DNA of 64,000 nucleotides from Desulfatiglandales bacterium (GTDB lineage Bacteria; Desulfobacterota; DSM-4660; Desulfatiglandales; Desulfatiglandaceae), in contig OY762721.1 of assembly GCA_963666345.1 (NCBI GenBank), forward strand, positions 4,000,001-4,064,000, given 5' to 3'. Below the pieces are notes generated by a model. It saw only the letters and a list, made by a program, of their open reading frames with translations. It did not search any database and was not told the DNA's origin. A program made the translations under genes and the position numbers. Positions 40,412 to 50,813 of the stretch are shown here, one piece after another. The first letter of the stretch is position 1; each line of letters begins with the position of its first letter.

Positions 40412-40930
40412 ATAGGAAAGAAGATCGACGAGGTCAGGGTAAATGAACATATCCTGTCAAGGACGGTAAGGCTTATATCGGCTGAAGGCGAGCAGATGGG
40501 GATAGTCTCTATTCAGGATGCCTTGAAGTCTGCCGGAGAATCAGGGTATGATCTGGTTGAAGTAGCGCCTAACTCCTCCCCCCCGGTGTGCCGAATAATG
40601 GACTACGGCAAGTTTAAATATGAGACCAGTAAGAAGGGGAAGGAGACTCGAAAAAAGGGCAGGACCTCTCAGCTCAAAGAGATAAAGTTCAGGCCCCATA
40701 CAGAGGATCATGACCTTGGGTTCAAGGTCAAAAATATTTTGAAATTCCTTGAGAAAAGGGATCGCGTGAAGGTGACCGTCTTTTTCAGGGGGCGCGAAAT
40801 GGCATACATGAACGCCGGAGTCGAACTCCTGAACAGGGTGGCGGAAGAAGTCAAGGAATTCGGATCGGTAGATCAGCCTCCTACCAGGGAGGCAAGAAAC
40901 AGGATGTCGATGGTCATTGTACCCAAGTAG
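40412..40930 (+). CDS. infC: Translation initiation factor IF-3 (ATA start)
   Basis: AGGAGG then ATA at 40412, in frame with RVNEHI...VRLI; DLVEVAP, CRIMDYGKFKY, KEIKFRP. Confidence 0.93.
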   Translation: MGKKIDEVRVNEHILSRTVRLISAEGEQMGIVSIQDALKSAGESGYDLVEVAPNSSPPVCRIMDYGKFKYETSKKGKETRKKGRTSQLKEIKFRPHTEDHDLGFKVKNILKFLEKRDRVKVTVFFRGREMAYMNAGVELLNRVAEEVKEFGSVDQPPTREARNRMSMVIVPK

Positions 40931-41229
40931 CACGACGGAGACCGGCCAGGATCCGGAAAATTCCGATAATGCCGCCATGATATCTATTTTTGTTCCTATT
41001 CCTGTTTGACTTAAGACCGGAAGTCGCAATATCGCCGGGCGGGCATGAAACAGTGCCGATTTCCATTTCTGGCTAAGCCTGGTCCGGTTGCCTTCTGGAT
41101 AAGCGGTAAAAGAAGATCCGATCGTAATTTGGAAAACACGAAAGCCCCCTCATCCCCTATGTCTTAGGGATGCCTGGAAGGGGGCTTGTTAGATTTATCA
41201 AAGATAATGTGTGAGAATGGAGGAATTAA

Positions 41230-41427
41230 ATGCCAAAAATAAAGACAAACCGCGGGGCTGCGAAGAGATTTAAGACCACGGGCTCTGGAAAGATCGTGAG
41301 GAACAAGGCCTTTTCCAGCCATATCCTCACCAAAAAGACCACAAAAAGAAAAAGGAATCTGCGTAAATCAGCCATCGTTGATCCTACAAACGTAAAACAG
41401 TTGTCAAGGCTGATCCCATACCTTTAG
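41230..41427 (+). CDS. rpmI: 50S ribosomal protein L35
   Basis: [15 protein letters not shown]. Confidence 0.98.
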   Translation: MPKIKTNRGAAKRFKTTGSGKIVRNKAFSSHILTKKTTKRKRNLRKSAIVDPTNVKQLSRLIPYL

Positions 41428-41586
41428 GATTGGGGGGTTGATTGTTTTTTTACCACAGTCTTCTGCAAGTGATTATTTACATGCTGCCTTTGGGTACGGA
41501 TATTTTGATTTTTCCGATGAACCGGATGTAAGCAGGGCGGTTTTGAATTTCGACTGCAGGACAAATCTAAAAAAAGAGGTTTAAGA

Positions 41587-41931
41587 ATGCCTAGAGTAAA
41601 AAGGGGCTTTAAGGCCCGCAGAAGAAGGAATAAGGTCCTAAAGGCTGCAAAGGGATACAGAGGGAGCCTTAGCAAACAGTTCAGGTCCGCCAAGGTTGCA
41701 GTGAGCAGGGCGGGAGTTTACGCATACAGGGACAGAAAGGTCAGGAAAAGAGATTTTCGCAGGCTTTGGATCGTTCGGATTAACGCTGCTGCCAGAGAAA
41801 ACGGACTCTCATACAGCCAGTTGATAGGTGGACTGAAGAACGCCGGGATCGAGCTGGACCGGAAGGTCCTTGCGGATATGGCGGTTAACGATCCGGCCGG
41901 TTTTTCAAGTTTGACCAACATGGTCCAATAA
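41587..41931 (+). CDS. rplT: 50S ribosomal protein L20
   Basis: [31 protein letters not shown]. Confidence 0.98.
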   Translation: MPRVKRGFKARRRRNKVLKAAKGYRGSLSKQFRSAKVAVSRAGVYAYRDRKVRKRDFRRLWIVRINAAARENGLSYSQLIGGLKNAGIELDRKVLADMAVNDPAGFSSLTNMVQ

Positions 41932-41961
41932 CCCGTTCTCGATTCCCCTCCAAAACGAGCC

Positions 41962-42969
41962 ATGAAAACAAAACTGCGTGAACTCGAACAGAGGGCCCTT
42001 TCCGAACTTGAATCAATCGCCTCTCCTGAGGCCCTTGAGGCTTTCAGGGTGGCCTATCTCGGAAAAAAGGGCCATATTACTGCACTAATGAAAAAGGTCG
42101 GCCTTCTGCCGCCGGAAGAACGTCCGGAGGCTGGAAAAGAGGCCAATCGGATCAAAAGGATTCTCGCCGGACTTATAGAAGAGTCGGGGAAAAAGGGTGT
42201 TGGAAAAGGGGAGAGGCGAGGCTTCGATCTTGACGTTACCCTGCCCGGAAGAAAAAGTCCTGCGGGGCATCTCCATCCGATCACTTCAGTGATCAGGGAG
42301 GTGTGTCAGATATTTTCAAAAATGGGATTCAGGGTTGTAAAGGGTCCGAACGTGGAACTGGACTATTATAACTTTGAGGCCCTCAATCTGCCGAAAGACC
42401 ATCCCGCCAGAGATATGCAGGACACCTTTTATATGTCCGAAAATGTGGTGCTTAGAACCCACACCTCTCCCATACAGGTCCGAGTGATGGAAAAGCAGCG
42501 GCCCCCTGTGAGCGTAATCGCCCCTGGAAAGGTATACAGGAGGGATTCGGATGTCTCGCATACACCCATGTTCCATCAGGTCGAAGGACTTCTGGTGGAC
42601 CGGGATGTGAGTTTTGCGGATCTCAAGGGTACATTGACCAGTTTTGTTCATCAGATGTTCGGAAGCGATGTGAAACTTCGGTTCAGACCCTCTTTTTTCC
42701 CTTTTACCGAGCCCAGTGCGGAGGTTGACATTCAATGCGTCCTGTGCGGGGGCGCCGGGTGCAGGACCTGTTCCAACACCGGCTGGCTGGAGATACTGGG
42801 GTCTGGCATGGTAGATCCAGCCGTGTACGGCTTTATCGACTATGACCCTGAGGTGTATACCGGTTACGCATTCGGAATGGGGATGGAGCGGATCGCCATG
42901 CTCAAGTACGGAATAGATGATATACAGCTGTTCTTTAAGAATGACATGCGATTTTTGAGGCAGTTTTAA
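41962..42969 (+). CDS. pheS: Phenylalanyl-tRNA synthetase alpha
   Basis: HPARDMQDTF, RTHTS, FRPSFFPFTEPS. Confidence 0.98.
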   Translation: MKTKLRELEQRALSELESIASPEALEAFRVAYLGKKGHITALMKKVGLLPPEERPEAGKEANRIKRILAGLIEESGKKGVGKGERRGFDLDVTLPGRKSPAGHLHPITSVIREVCQIFSKMGFRVVKGPNVELDYYNFEALNLPKDHPARDMQDTFYMSENVVLRTHTSPIQVRVMEKQRPPVSVIAPGKVYRRDSDVSHTPMFHQVEGLLVDRDVSFADLKGTLTSFVHQMFGSDVKLRFRPSFFPFTEPSAEVDIQCVLCGGAGCRTCSNTGWLEILGSGMVDPAVYGFIDYDPEVYTGYAFGMGMERIAMLKYGIDDIQLFFKNDMRFLRQF

Positions 42970-43028
42970 GATTCGGCTGCTGAGTTTACATTAATCTTCT
43001 CATAATTTTTTCTCATCGAGTAACGGAT

Positions 43029-45440
43029 ATGTTAGTCAGTTTTAATTGGTTAAAGGATTTTGTAGATATAGACCTTTCACCCGGCGAACTGGGGAAAATA
43101 CTTACCATGGCCGGACTCGAACTGGAAGGGCTGGAGCCGGTCGGGGAGCCGATTTCAAATATTGTTGTCGGGAAGATCCTTGCTATCGAGCCTCATCCGG
43201 GGGCCGACAGGCTCAGCGTCTGCAAAGTTGATTCCGGAAGTGAAAAGCTCAGTGTCGTATGCGGGGCAACCAACATGAAGGAGGGAGACAAGGTCCCTCT
43301 GGCCCTTCCCGGGGCAATGCTTCCAGGTGGTTCCATCAAAAAGACCAAGATCAGGGGGGTGGAGTCAACAGGCATGCTTCTCGCCGAGGATGAACTGGGC
43401 CTTACCGACGACCATTCAGGAATCATGATCCTGAATCGGGATCTTCCGCAGGGCGCAGACCTTTACGATTGCCTTCCGCTTGAGGACTGGGTACTGGATC
43501 TTAGCATAACCCCTAACAGACCTGACTGGGCCTCCGTACTCGGTATCGCTCGTGAAGTGGCCGCCATTACCAAAAAGCAACTCAAGGTGCCTGAAATCGA
43601 GTTTCAGGAAAAGGGACCTCCCATCGAAGAACTCTGCAGCCTGGATATAAAGGATGATCAGGGATGCCCCCGTTATTCCGCGGGGATTATCCGTGGGGTG
43701 AAGATAGGCCCCTCTCCCTTCTGGATGCGATATCGGCTCCACCTTTGCGGGATAAGGAGCATAAACAACATAGTTGATGTGACAAACTACATCCTCCTTG
43801 AGCTGGGTCAGCCTTTACACTCCTTTGATCTTCAGAGGGTAAGGGACCATAAGATCATAGTCAGAAGGGCTGAGCAGGGAGAGCGTTTCACCACGCTTGA
43901 CGGGGAGACAAGGACTCTCGGCAGTGAAACTCTTATGATATGTGACGGTAAAAGGGCTGTTGCCTTGGCCGGGATCATGGGGGGGCTTAATTCCGAGATA
44001 TTTGAAGGAACCGAAGATGTGCTGCTTGAAAGCGCATTTTTTGATCCCGTTACCATCAGGAGGGGTTCAAAAAGACTGGGCCTGTCGACAGAGGCATCCT
44101 ACAGATTTGAAAGGGGAACCGATATAGACGGGGTCATCACTGCCCAGAAACGCGCGCTGTCTCTTATGGAGGCCCTGGCGGGAGGAGAAATCGCAAGGGG
44201 CATCCTGGATAATTATCCGTCCCCCTACAGGCCGGAGCCTATCCCTTTGAGGGTTGAAAGGACGAACCGTATCCTTGGAACGAAGATCTCATATCAGGAT
44301 ATCCAAGGGTATCTGCAGGATCTGGGGATGACGGTTGAAAAGGCCGATGAGGATGAACTCAAGGTCTTTCCCCCGTCGTTTCGAGTTGACGTTTCAAGAG
44401 AGGCCGATCTCATCGAAGAGGTGGCAAGGCTTGAGGGATATGAAAATATCCCGGTTACCTATCCCAGCATAAGGCCAAATGATGAAAAAGAGCTGCCTGA
44501 GCTTGTCCTGCGTGATCGAATCAGGGGCATTATGAAAGGAGCCGGTTTTTCCGAGATAATCACCTACAGCTTCATTTCACCTGAAAGCGCGGACATACTG
44601 GAGGCGGCCGAAGACAGTGAGCTCAGGTCCTTTGTCAAGATAATCAACCCTTTGACCGTGGACCAGTCGGTCATGAGAACCTCTCTTGTGCCGGGCATGC
44701 TTTCTACCGTAAGGACGAATGTCTTTCATGATGAAAAGTCTTTGAGACTTTTTGAATGGGGCAAGATATTCATAGGCCGTAAAGGCGAGCCCCAGCCCCT
44801 TGAAAAGACCATGCTTGCCGCTGTTATTTCCGGTGCGGTCAAGGAAAAGACATGGTATGATAATGAAAGACTTTCAGACTATTACGACATAAAAGGTGCG
44901 GCCGAGGCGCTCCTTGAAGACCTGGGAATTGAAGATGTATCATTTAGGAGACAAGCGCGATTCCCGGGATATGATGAAAATGATTCAGCTGCCATCTGTT
45001 CGGGCGATAAGGTTATTGGAAAAATCGGTAAGGTATCATATAATGCGCTTAAGGCATATGAGATAGAAAAGGAGCCGGTGCTGCTTTTTGAGATCGATAT
45101 ACCGGCACTTATGGAATACATGCCTGACAAGGTAACCTTTCGCCCCTTTGCCAGGTTTCCAGCCGTTTACAGGGATCTTTCCATTATAGTGGGCAGGGAA
45201 GTTGAAGGTGCTGCAATCCTTGATATAATCAGAAATGCGGGAAAGACTCTGGTGGAATCCGTTAAAATATTCGACGTATATCAGGGGAAGAATCTTGATC
45301 CTTCAAAAAAGGCCCTGGCATTCAGGGTCTGCTACCGCTCGGAACGGGGCACCCTTGACGGCTCAGAGGTAAACAGCCTGCATGAAAAGATAATCGAGGA
45401 GATTCGAAAGGAGACCGGGGGAACTCTGAAGGAGGGATGA
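43029..45440 (+). CDS. pheT: Phenylalanyl-tRNA synthetase beta
   Basis: HPGADRL, TPNRPD, DLIEEVARL, FDX-ACB tail. Confidence 0.98.
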   Translation: MLVSFNWLKDFVDIDLSPGELGKILTMAGLELEGLEPVGEPISNIVVGKILAIEPHPGADRLSVCKVDSGSEKLSVVCGATNMKEGDKVPLALPGAMLPGGSIKKTKIRGVESTGMLLAEDELGLTDDHSGIMILNRDLPQGADLYDCLPLEDWVLDLSITPNRPDWASVLGIAREVAAITKKQLKVPEIEFQEKGPPIEELCSLDIKDDQGCPRYSAGIIRGVKIGPSPFWMRYRLHLCGIRSINNIVDVTNYILLELGQPLHSFDLQRVRDHKIIVRRAEQGERFTTLDGETRTLGSETLMICDGKRAVALAGIMGGLNSEIFEGTEDVLLESAFFDPVTIRRGSKRLGLSTEASYRFERGTDIDGVITAQKRALSLMEALAGGEIARGILDNYPSPYRPEPIPLRVERTNRILGTKISYQDIQGYLQDLGMTVEKADEDELKVFPPSFRVDVSREADLIEEVARLEGYENIPVTYPSIRPNDEKELPELVLRDRIRGIMKGAGFSEIITYSFISPESADILEAAEDSELRSFVKIINPLTVDQSVMRTSLVPGMLSTVRTNVFHDEKSLRLFEWGKIFIGRKGEPQPLEKTMLAAVISGAVKEKTWYDNERLSDYYDIKGAAEALLEDLGIEDVSFRRQARFPGYDENDSAAICSGDKVIGKIGKVSYNALKAYEIEKEPVLLFEIDIPALMEYMPDKVTFRPFARFPAVYRDLSIIVGREVEGAAILDIIRNAGKTLVESVKIFDVYQGKNLDPSKKALAFRVCYRSERGTLDGSEVNSLHEKIIEEIRKETGGTLKEG

Positions 45441-45444
45441 GGCA

Positions 45445-45771
45445 ATGGTCGAGATACCTGATGACAGGCGTTATTTTCGTATCGGGGAAGCAAGCCGCAT
45501 CATCGGGGTTGAGCCTTACGTGCTGAGATACTGGGAAAGCGAATTTTCCCAGGTCAGACCGCGAAGGGCCGATTCCAGACAGAGGACCTACCAGAAAAAG
45601 GACCTGGAGGCGCTCCTTAGAATAAAAGAGCTCCTTTACGAAGAGAAGATGACTATCGAAGGGGCAAGAAAGAGGCTGAAGCAGGAAAGAAACATGGCCC
45701 CCGAAACCACAAAACCCCACCTTAAAGAGATAAGAGATGATCTCAAGGCGATCTTAAGAATCCTTGCCTAG
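45445..45771 (+). CDS. MerR-family regulator
   Basis: YFRIGEA...VLRYWESEF...LLYEEKMTIEGA. Confidence 0.92.
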   Translation: MVEIPDDRRYFRIGEASRIIGVEPYVLRYWESEFSQVRPRRADSRQRTYQKKDLEALLRIKELLYEEKMTIEGARKRLKQERNMAPETTKPHLKEIRDDLKAILRILA

Positions 45772-46167
45772 TCAGCTGCTGTATAGTTCCGCCCCTAAAG
45801 CGGCAAATCTGCTTGAATGCCTGCCATTTCTTCCTCATTAATCATTTTTCCATGACCAGGATAAAAAGTCCTGTGGCACTGACTCTGGTTGTGCCTTCAA
45901 GGCAGTGATTATCCAATGACAGGATGAAGCGCGCTTGGATATGATATTGGTTTACTTGCCTATTCAGGAATTATGGAATATTTGAATCCCTGCTATCTGC
46001 TCCTGAATTTACCAATTCGGGTGCAGTCAATAAGCCTGTCCAAAAAGTTGGTTCTTATGTTAACTTAAATATTGAGAATTATTATATAAAATATTAGTGA
46101 TGAATGGATTGCCACAACCTTATGATTAAGGCTTCTGAAGGCAAAAGAGGGTGAATGCTAATCAAGA

Positions 46168-47364
46168 TCAGCAGGTGAAGATTTCAACCGGGGTGCTGCT
46201 TATCATCCTGTGACCATCTTTAGTTACAAGAAACACGCTTTCAACACCTGCGGCAAATTCATCCAGAAAGGTCATCTTGGGTTCAAGGGCAAAGACCATG
46301 CCTGACTGAAGAATATCAGTTCTGCCGGCTGCGATAATGGGCCTTTCTATCAGTTCCATGCCGATTCCGTGACCTATGAAGGTGACCCGGTAATCGGAAG
46401 GTCCCAGATAGTAGTCTTCATAACCGAGAGACCTTGCCTTTTTGACGGAAATCCGGAAAAGTTCATCAACCGTTATACCTGCCCTTACATTTTCCAGGAC
46501 CTCGTTGTGTATCTCTATTGCTGCAAGGCATGCGTCCATGGCCTTTTGGGGCATCTTCCCTATTGAAAGCATACGGGTCTCATCAAAGTGGTAGCCGTTG
46601 AGAACCGAGTTGAAATCTATCATAACGGGATCTCCCTTAGCAAAAGGCCTGTATCCGGCGCCGCAGGGAAAGGCGGGGGATGTGCCCTCGCCGCTTGAAG
46701 GGGAATCGAGAAGCCCTATCATGCCCCCGCTTTTTCCGCTCAAAATATGCCAGGCATAGCCCTCTGTGTGATAATCCCTGACCCTCATCATGCCCCCATG
46801 GCCCAGGTTTCGTGCATAGGCCTCAAGCATGCCGGCAAATTCCATTTCGGAAAGCCCTTCCCTCATATTATTTCTTGCATATTCAAAGCAACTGCAAGAA
46901 AGCTCTCCTGTCTTCTCTATCTGCTCTACCTCCCACGCGGATTTTATCATCCTTTGAGAAAGGATCAGGTCAGAGGCATCGAGGACCGTCTGCTCCTTGA
47001 AAATATTTTTTATGAACCGGTACTCCCTTACAGGAATTACATCAAGTTCAAGGCCGATTTTGGCAGGAAGCCGACCGTAGAAATCGCGAATCCTTTGAGG
47101 TGCCTCTTTTATGGATTCGATCCTGACTATCTGCCCTAGCGGGGATTCCTCCATTGCCCTTGGAAGGTACCTCTTTATAAGCAGAAGCGGTTTTCCCTCA
47201 GATGGTATGAAAAGATAGCCCCTCTGGGCCGTGCCGGAGTAGTAGAGGAGATCGACCCTCTGGATTATAAAGAGGGCGTCGATGTCACTATTCTGCAAAC
47301 GATACTGGATTTGTTCTATGCGCCGGGCTATTTCCGGGGCGGGAATTCTGAAATCACAGGTCAT
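46168..47364 (-). CDS. M24 family (Xaa-Pro) peptidase
   Basis: Creatinase-like N-domain, GYHFDETR, FIGHGIG, ALEPK, GVES. Confidence 0.9.
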   Translation of the reverse strand: MTCDFRIPAPEIARRIEQIQYRLQNSDIDALFIIQRVDLLYYSGTAQRGYLFIPSEGKPLLLIKRYLPRAMEESPLGQIVRIESIKEAPQRIRDFYGRLPAKIGLELDVIPVREYRFIKNIFKEQTVLDASDLILSQRMIKSAWEVEQIEKTGELSCSCFEYARNNMREGLSEMEFAGMLEAYARNLGHGGMMRVRDYHTEGYAWHILSGKSGGMIGLLDSPSSGEGTSPAFPCGAGYRPFAKGDPVMIDFNSVLNGYHFDETRMLSIGKMPQKAMDACLAAIEIHNEVLENVRAGITVDELFRISVKKARSLGYEDYYLGPSDYRVTFIGHGIGMELIERPIIAAGRTDILQSGMVFALEPKMTFLDEFAAGVESVFLVTKDGHRMISSTPVEIFTC

Positions 47365-47570
47365 TTTGTTCCCCTTAGATGAATGGATAATTGTCCGGGT
47401 GGTTTAATAGGCCAATAGTATAATTAATGAAAAGGTTCAAGGGTACGGAGATTCAAGTGTTCTGGTTTTAGGGATTCTTTACTTCGATCGGGCGATGGTT
47501 ATAATATGTGTAAGTTTGAAAATAATCAATGCCCGTGAAGGGCTGGAAAAATAATAATCCGGGGAAAGGT

Positions 47571-48011
47571 ATGCCGACGGAAGAGGGTCTTGTAAAGGAA
47601 ACGGGAAACGGAAAGGCCAGGGTCAGGGTCCAGAGGAGTTCCGCGTGCAAGAGCTGCAGTTCACGTGATCATTGTGAGATAAATTCTTCAAGGGATGTGA
47701 CAGTCGATGTAATTAACGAGATAGGGGCAAAAGAGGGCGACTGGGTGGAACTGAGCGTGCCGGCCGGGTCTTTTCTGAGGCTTTCCCTGGTGGTTTATCT
47801 CCTTCCGGTTGTGGCGCTGATCGTGGGGGCGGTGGTTGGTAACGAGCTGGGAAGGGCCTTTGACATATCCTCAGGTTTTTCATCCGTTGCGGGAGGGGTG
47901 CTAGGTATTATCCTGACCTACTTCATACTGAGAGGGGTAAACAGGCGCTCTGAGAGCTCAAATAAGTACAGCCCCAGGCTGACAAGAATCATATATCGAA
48001 CCGGGGGCTGA
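47571..48011 (+). CDS. RseC/MucC family membrane protein
   Basis: RSSACKSC...C, GAKEGDWVEL, VYLLP and two TMs; convergent with the rnf operon. Confidence 0.88.
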   Translation: MPTEEGLVKETGNGKARVRVQRSSACKSCSSRDHCEINSSRDVTVDVINEIGAKEGDWVELSVPAGSFLRLSLVVYLLPVVALIVGAVVGNELGRAFDISSGFSSVAGGVLGIILTYFILRGVNRRSESSNKYSPRLTRIIYRTGG

Positions 48012-48074
48012 TATCGTTCACATGCAATATCGGAAGGCCTCCGGAAAACGCGATTTTTCAGAGGTGCCTTTTTT

Positions 48075-50135
48075 TCAGTTTCTCCTGTAACAGTAGATCC
48101 CGCACTGAAGGCACCGTTTTGCCTCATCCCTTGCCTGTTCCTCTGAAAAACCGAGTTCAACCTCGGTGAAACTTCCCGCCCTTTCAGGCACATGTATGTC
48201 AGGCATCTTGTTCCTGGGAGAGACGGGGACGCTTTTGAGCTCTTCCTCTGTCGCCTCATCCCAGATCTTTTTCCTCAGCTTTTGAGGCGCCTTAACGCGG
48301 GTTTCGCCGTTAAGATAACTGTGGATGGACATGGCCGCCTTTCTTGCTGCACCGAAGGCCTCGACAACTGTGGCGGGCCCGGTTACGCCGTCACCGCCTG
48401 CAAATACCCAGTCAATATTGGACTGGCCCGTGTCTTCATCCGTGTCTATGGTGTTCCACCTGTTAAGCGCCACCTCACCCTCATCACATTCAAGGGCCTC
48501 TTTGTCATACATGGCAAACTGACCTATGGCGGCAATTACATTGTCGAGCTCGATTATGGTTTCGGTTCCTTCCACAGGCACCGGTCTTCTTCTACCGCTT
48601 GCATCAGGCTCTCCCAGTTCCATCTTGAGGAACTCGAGTGCGGTGAGCCTGTTGTTTTCCCCTATCAGACGGGTAGGGGCGGCCAGGAAGTGAAACTTGA
48701 TACCCTCAGCCTCAGCCTCCGCGACCTCGTAATCGGCGGCAGGCATCTCTTTTCTGCTCCTGCGGTAGATAACCGTGACCTCCTCCGCCCCGAGCCTCCA
48801 GGAGGTCCGGGCAGCGTCTATAGCGGTGTTTCCGCCGCCGATTATGGCGACCCTTTTTCCTATCTTTACATCCTTTTCAAGACCCATCTGTATCAGGTAT
48901 TGAGTGCCGGAAAGCACTCCTTCAAGGTCTTCTCCCTCCACCCGCATGTTTCTGCTTCCCCAGGCGCCGATTCCGATAAACACGGCATCAAAGCCCTCAT
49001 CCTTTAGGCTCTGGAGGTTGAAGTCCTTTCCGAATCGTTTGTTCATCCGGACATCAATGTCTCCCAGGCCGGTAATGCCTTCTATCTCCCAGTCAAGGGT
49101 ATTCTTGGGAAGCCTGTATTCAGGGATACCGTAGCGGAGCATCCCTCCCAGCTTGGGCATGGCCTCAAATATGGTTGAGGCGTGTCCCATCCTCCTGAGA
49201 TAATAGGCGGCGGCAAGGCCTGCCGGCCCTCCTCCCACTATAGCCACCTTCTTTTCCGAAAGCGGGGCCTTGGGGGTCTCGTACCTGCTGCCGCTCTTGA
49301 GTTCCTTGTCCGCGCAGAATCGTTTCAGGTGGTTTATGTTGACCGGCTCATCAACGCTGTTTCTCCTGCATTCCGATTCGCAGAAATGGGGGCACACGCG
49401 GCCGATGGAAAGGGGCATGGGCACGCTTTCCTTTATGACCTGAAGCGCCTCTTTGTCACGGCCCTGGTCTATGAGTCTTATGTAAAGCGGTATATCGACC
49501 TGGGCCGGACATCGCTGCTGACATGGGGCAAGGCATTCGTCCAGCACGTTCAGGTGCATGATCCGCAGGGTATTTGATGTGAGATGGATGATGTTTTTGG
49601 GGCAGACCCTTTCGCACGTGCCGCAGCCGGTGCATTTTTCCATGTCCACTACAGGAAGGTTGTCTGGTCCGATCCGAAGTGCGTCAAACGGGCATGCCTT
49701 GACGCATGTTCCGAGTCCCAGACATCCGATCGGGCAGAGCTTTGAGCCTCCGTTTAGAAGCACCGCCGCCCTGCAGTCCTGGACCCCGTCATATCGGAAT
49801 TTCAAATCGGCGTCCTGAACCCCATAGGTGCAGCCCGGTTTTGCTATCTCAGGCTCCCTCAGCTCGAACTTCACACCCATTATCTCGGCGATTTCGGCGG
49901 CCAGTTCAGGTCCGCCCGCAACACAGGATGACGGGGATGCCTTTCCCTTGACAATGGCTTCAGCATTCGCGCTGCAACCGGGCAGACCGCAGCCGCCGCA
50001 ATTGGCCCCAGGCAGGGCATCTTCAATGGCCTCAATCTTCGGGTCCACGTAGACGTAGAATATCTTTGACGCTATTGCGAGTCCGGCACCGACTACTATG
50101 CCGAGTCCGCCCATTACCAAAAGGCCGCCTAACAT
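48075..50135 (-). CDS. rnfB: RnfB fused to a GltD-like FAD/NAD(P) oxidoreductase domain
   Basis: TM, LPGANCGGCG, CLGLGTCVKACP, CTGCGTCERVCP, then CQQRCP, GRVCPHFCESEC, GGGPAG, LRYGIPEYRL, GGGNTAID. Confidence 0.9.
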   Translation of the reverse strand: MLGGLLVMGGLGIVVGAGLAIASKIFYVYVDPKIEAIEDALPGANCGGCGLPGCSANAEAIVKGKASPSSCVAGGPELAAEIAEIMGVKFELREPEIAKPGCTYGVQDADLKFRYDGVQDCRAAVLLNGGSKLCPIGCLGLGTCVKACPFDALRIGPDNLPVVDMEKCTGCGTCERVCPKNIIHLTSNTLRIMHLNVLDECLAPCQQRCPAQVDIPLYIRLIDQGRDKEALQVIKESVPMPLSIGRVCPHFCESECRRNSVDEPVNINHLKRFCADKELKSGSRYETPKAPLSEKKVAIVGGGPAGLAAAYYLRRMGHASTIFEAMPKLGGMLRYGIPEYRLPKNTLDWEIEGITGLGDIDVRMNKRFGKDFNLQSLKDEGFDAVFIGIGAWGSRNMRVEGEDLEGVLSGTQYLIQMGLEKDVKIGKRVAIIGGGNTAIDAARTSWRLGAEEVTVIYRRSRKEMPAADYEVAEAEAEGIKFHFLAAPTRLIGENNRLTALEFLKMELGEPDASGRRRPVPVEGTETIIELDNVIAAIGQFAMYDKEALECDEGEVALNRWNTIDTDEDTGQSNIDWVFAGGDGVTGPATVVEAFGAARKAAMSIHSYLNGETRVKAPQKLRKKIWDEATEEELKSVPVSPRNKMPDIHVPERAGSFTEVELGFSEEQARDEAKRCLQCGIYCYRRN

Positions 50136-50202
50136 GTTGTTCCTCCTGTTTTCATGTGTCCGGGTGTGAGGTCCCGGTACAATATCCTTTATGCAATATT
50201 GT

Positions 50203-50778
50203 TTAGACCATCCCCTTAAAGGCGAAAAAGGCAAGGGAAAGCATGCCGGCGGACACCAGTCCTATTGAAGTGTCCCGAAGTGGCCTGGGCACCCTTGCGA
50301 GTATTATCCTTTCCCTTATGGCAGCAAAAAGTATAAGGGCAAGGCCGAAACCCACGGCATAGCTGAAAGATGATATTAGTGCCTGGATGAAGGTGTACTC
50401 CTCGTTGATATTTATCAGGCACACGCCCATTACCGCGCAGTTTGTGGTTATAAGGGGAAGGAAAATTCCGAGGCCCGCGTAGAGGGCGGGCACCGATTTT
50501 CTGAGAAACATCTCAACAAACTGAACGAGTGATGCTATCACAAGTATGAAGGCCAGGGTCCTCAGATATTCGTAGCCGAATGGTTTGAGTATGAAGTTGT
50601 CCGTTACCCAGGTCATGGCGCCTGCCATGACAAGTACGAATACAACCGCCATGGCCATTCCGATGGCGGTCTCCATCCTTTTTGAAACGCCCAGGAAGGG
50701 ACAATTGCCCAGATACTGCATCAAAAGGATGTTGTTAACGAAGATGCAGCTAACTGCCAGTATTATGTAATCACCCAT
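50203..50778 (-). CDS. rnfA: Rnf complex subunit A
   Basis: YLGNCPFLGVS, LPLITTNCAV. Confidence 0.95.
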   Translation of the reverse strand: MGDYIILAVSCIFVNNILLMQYLGNCPFLGVSKRMETAIGMAMAVVFVLVMAGAMTWVTDNFILKPFGYEYLRTLAFILVIASLVQFVEMFLRKSVPALYAGLGIFLPLITTNCAVMGVCLININEEYTFIQALISSFSYAVGFGLALILFAAIRERIILARVPRPLRDTSIGLVSAGMLSLAFFAFKGMV

Positions 50779-50813
50779 GTAACTTCTCCTCGCCCAAGGA
50801 ATAAGGGGCTTGA

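Noticed and set aside
41143..41187. Hairpin upstream of rpmI as an L20 leader
   Set aside because: Pairing AAGCCCCCT/AGGGGGCTT is real, but I cannot match it to a known L20-leader consensus
47431..47480. TTCAAGGGT/TTCAAGTGT words resembling the element's 8-mer arrays
   Set aside because: Too short, no TIR or TSD
48192..49007. 271-aa plus-strand ORF
   Set aside because: Antisense shadow of the rnfB fusion gene
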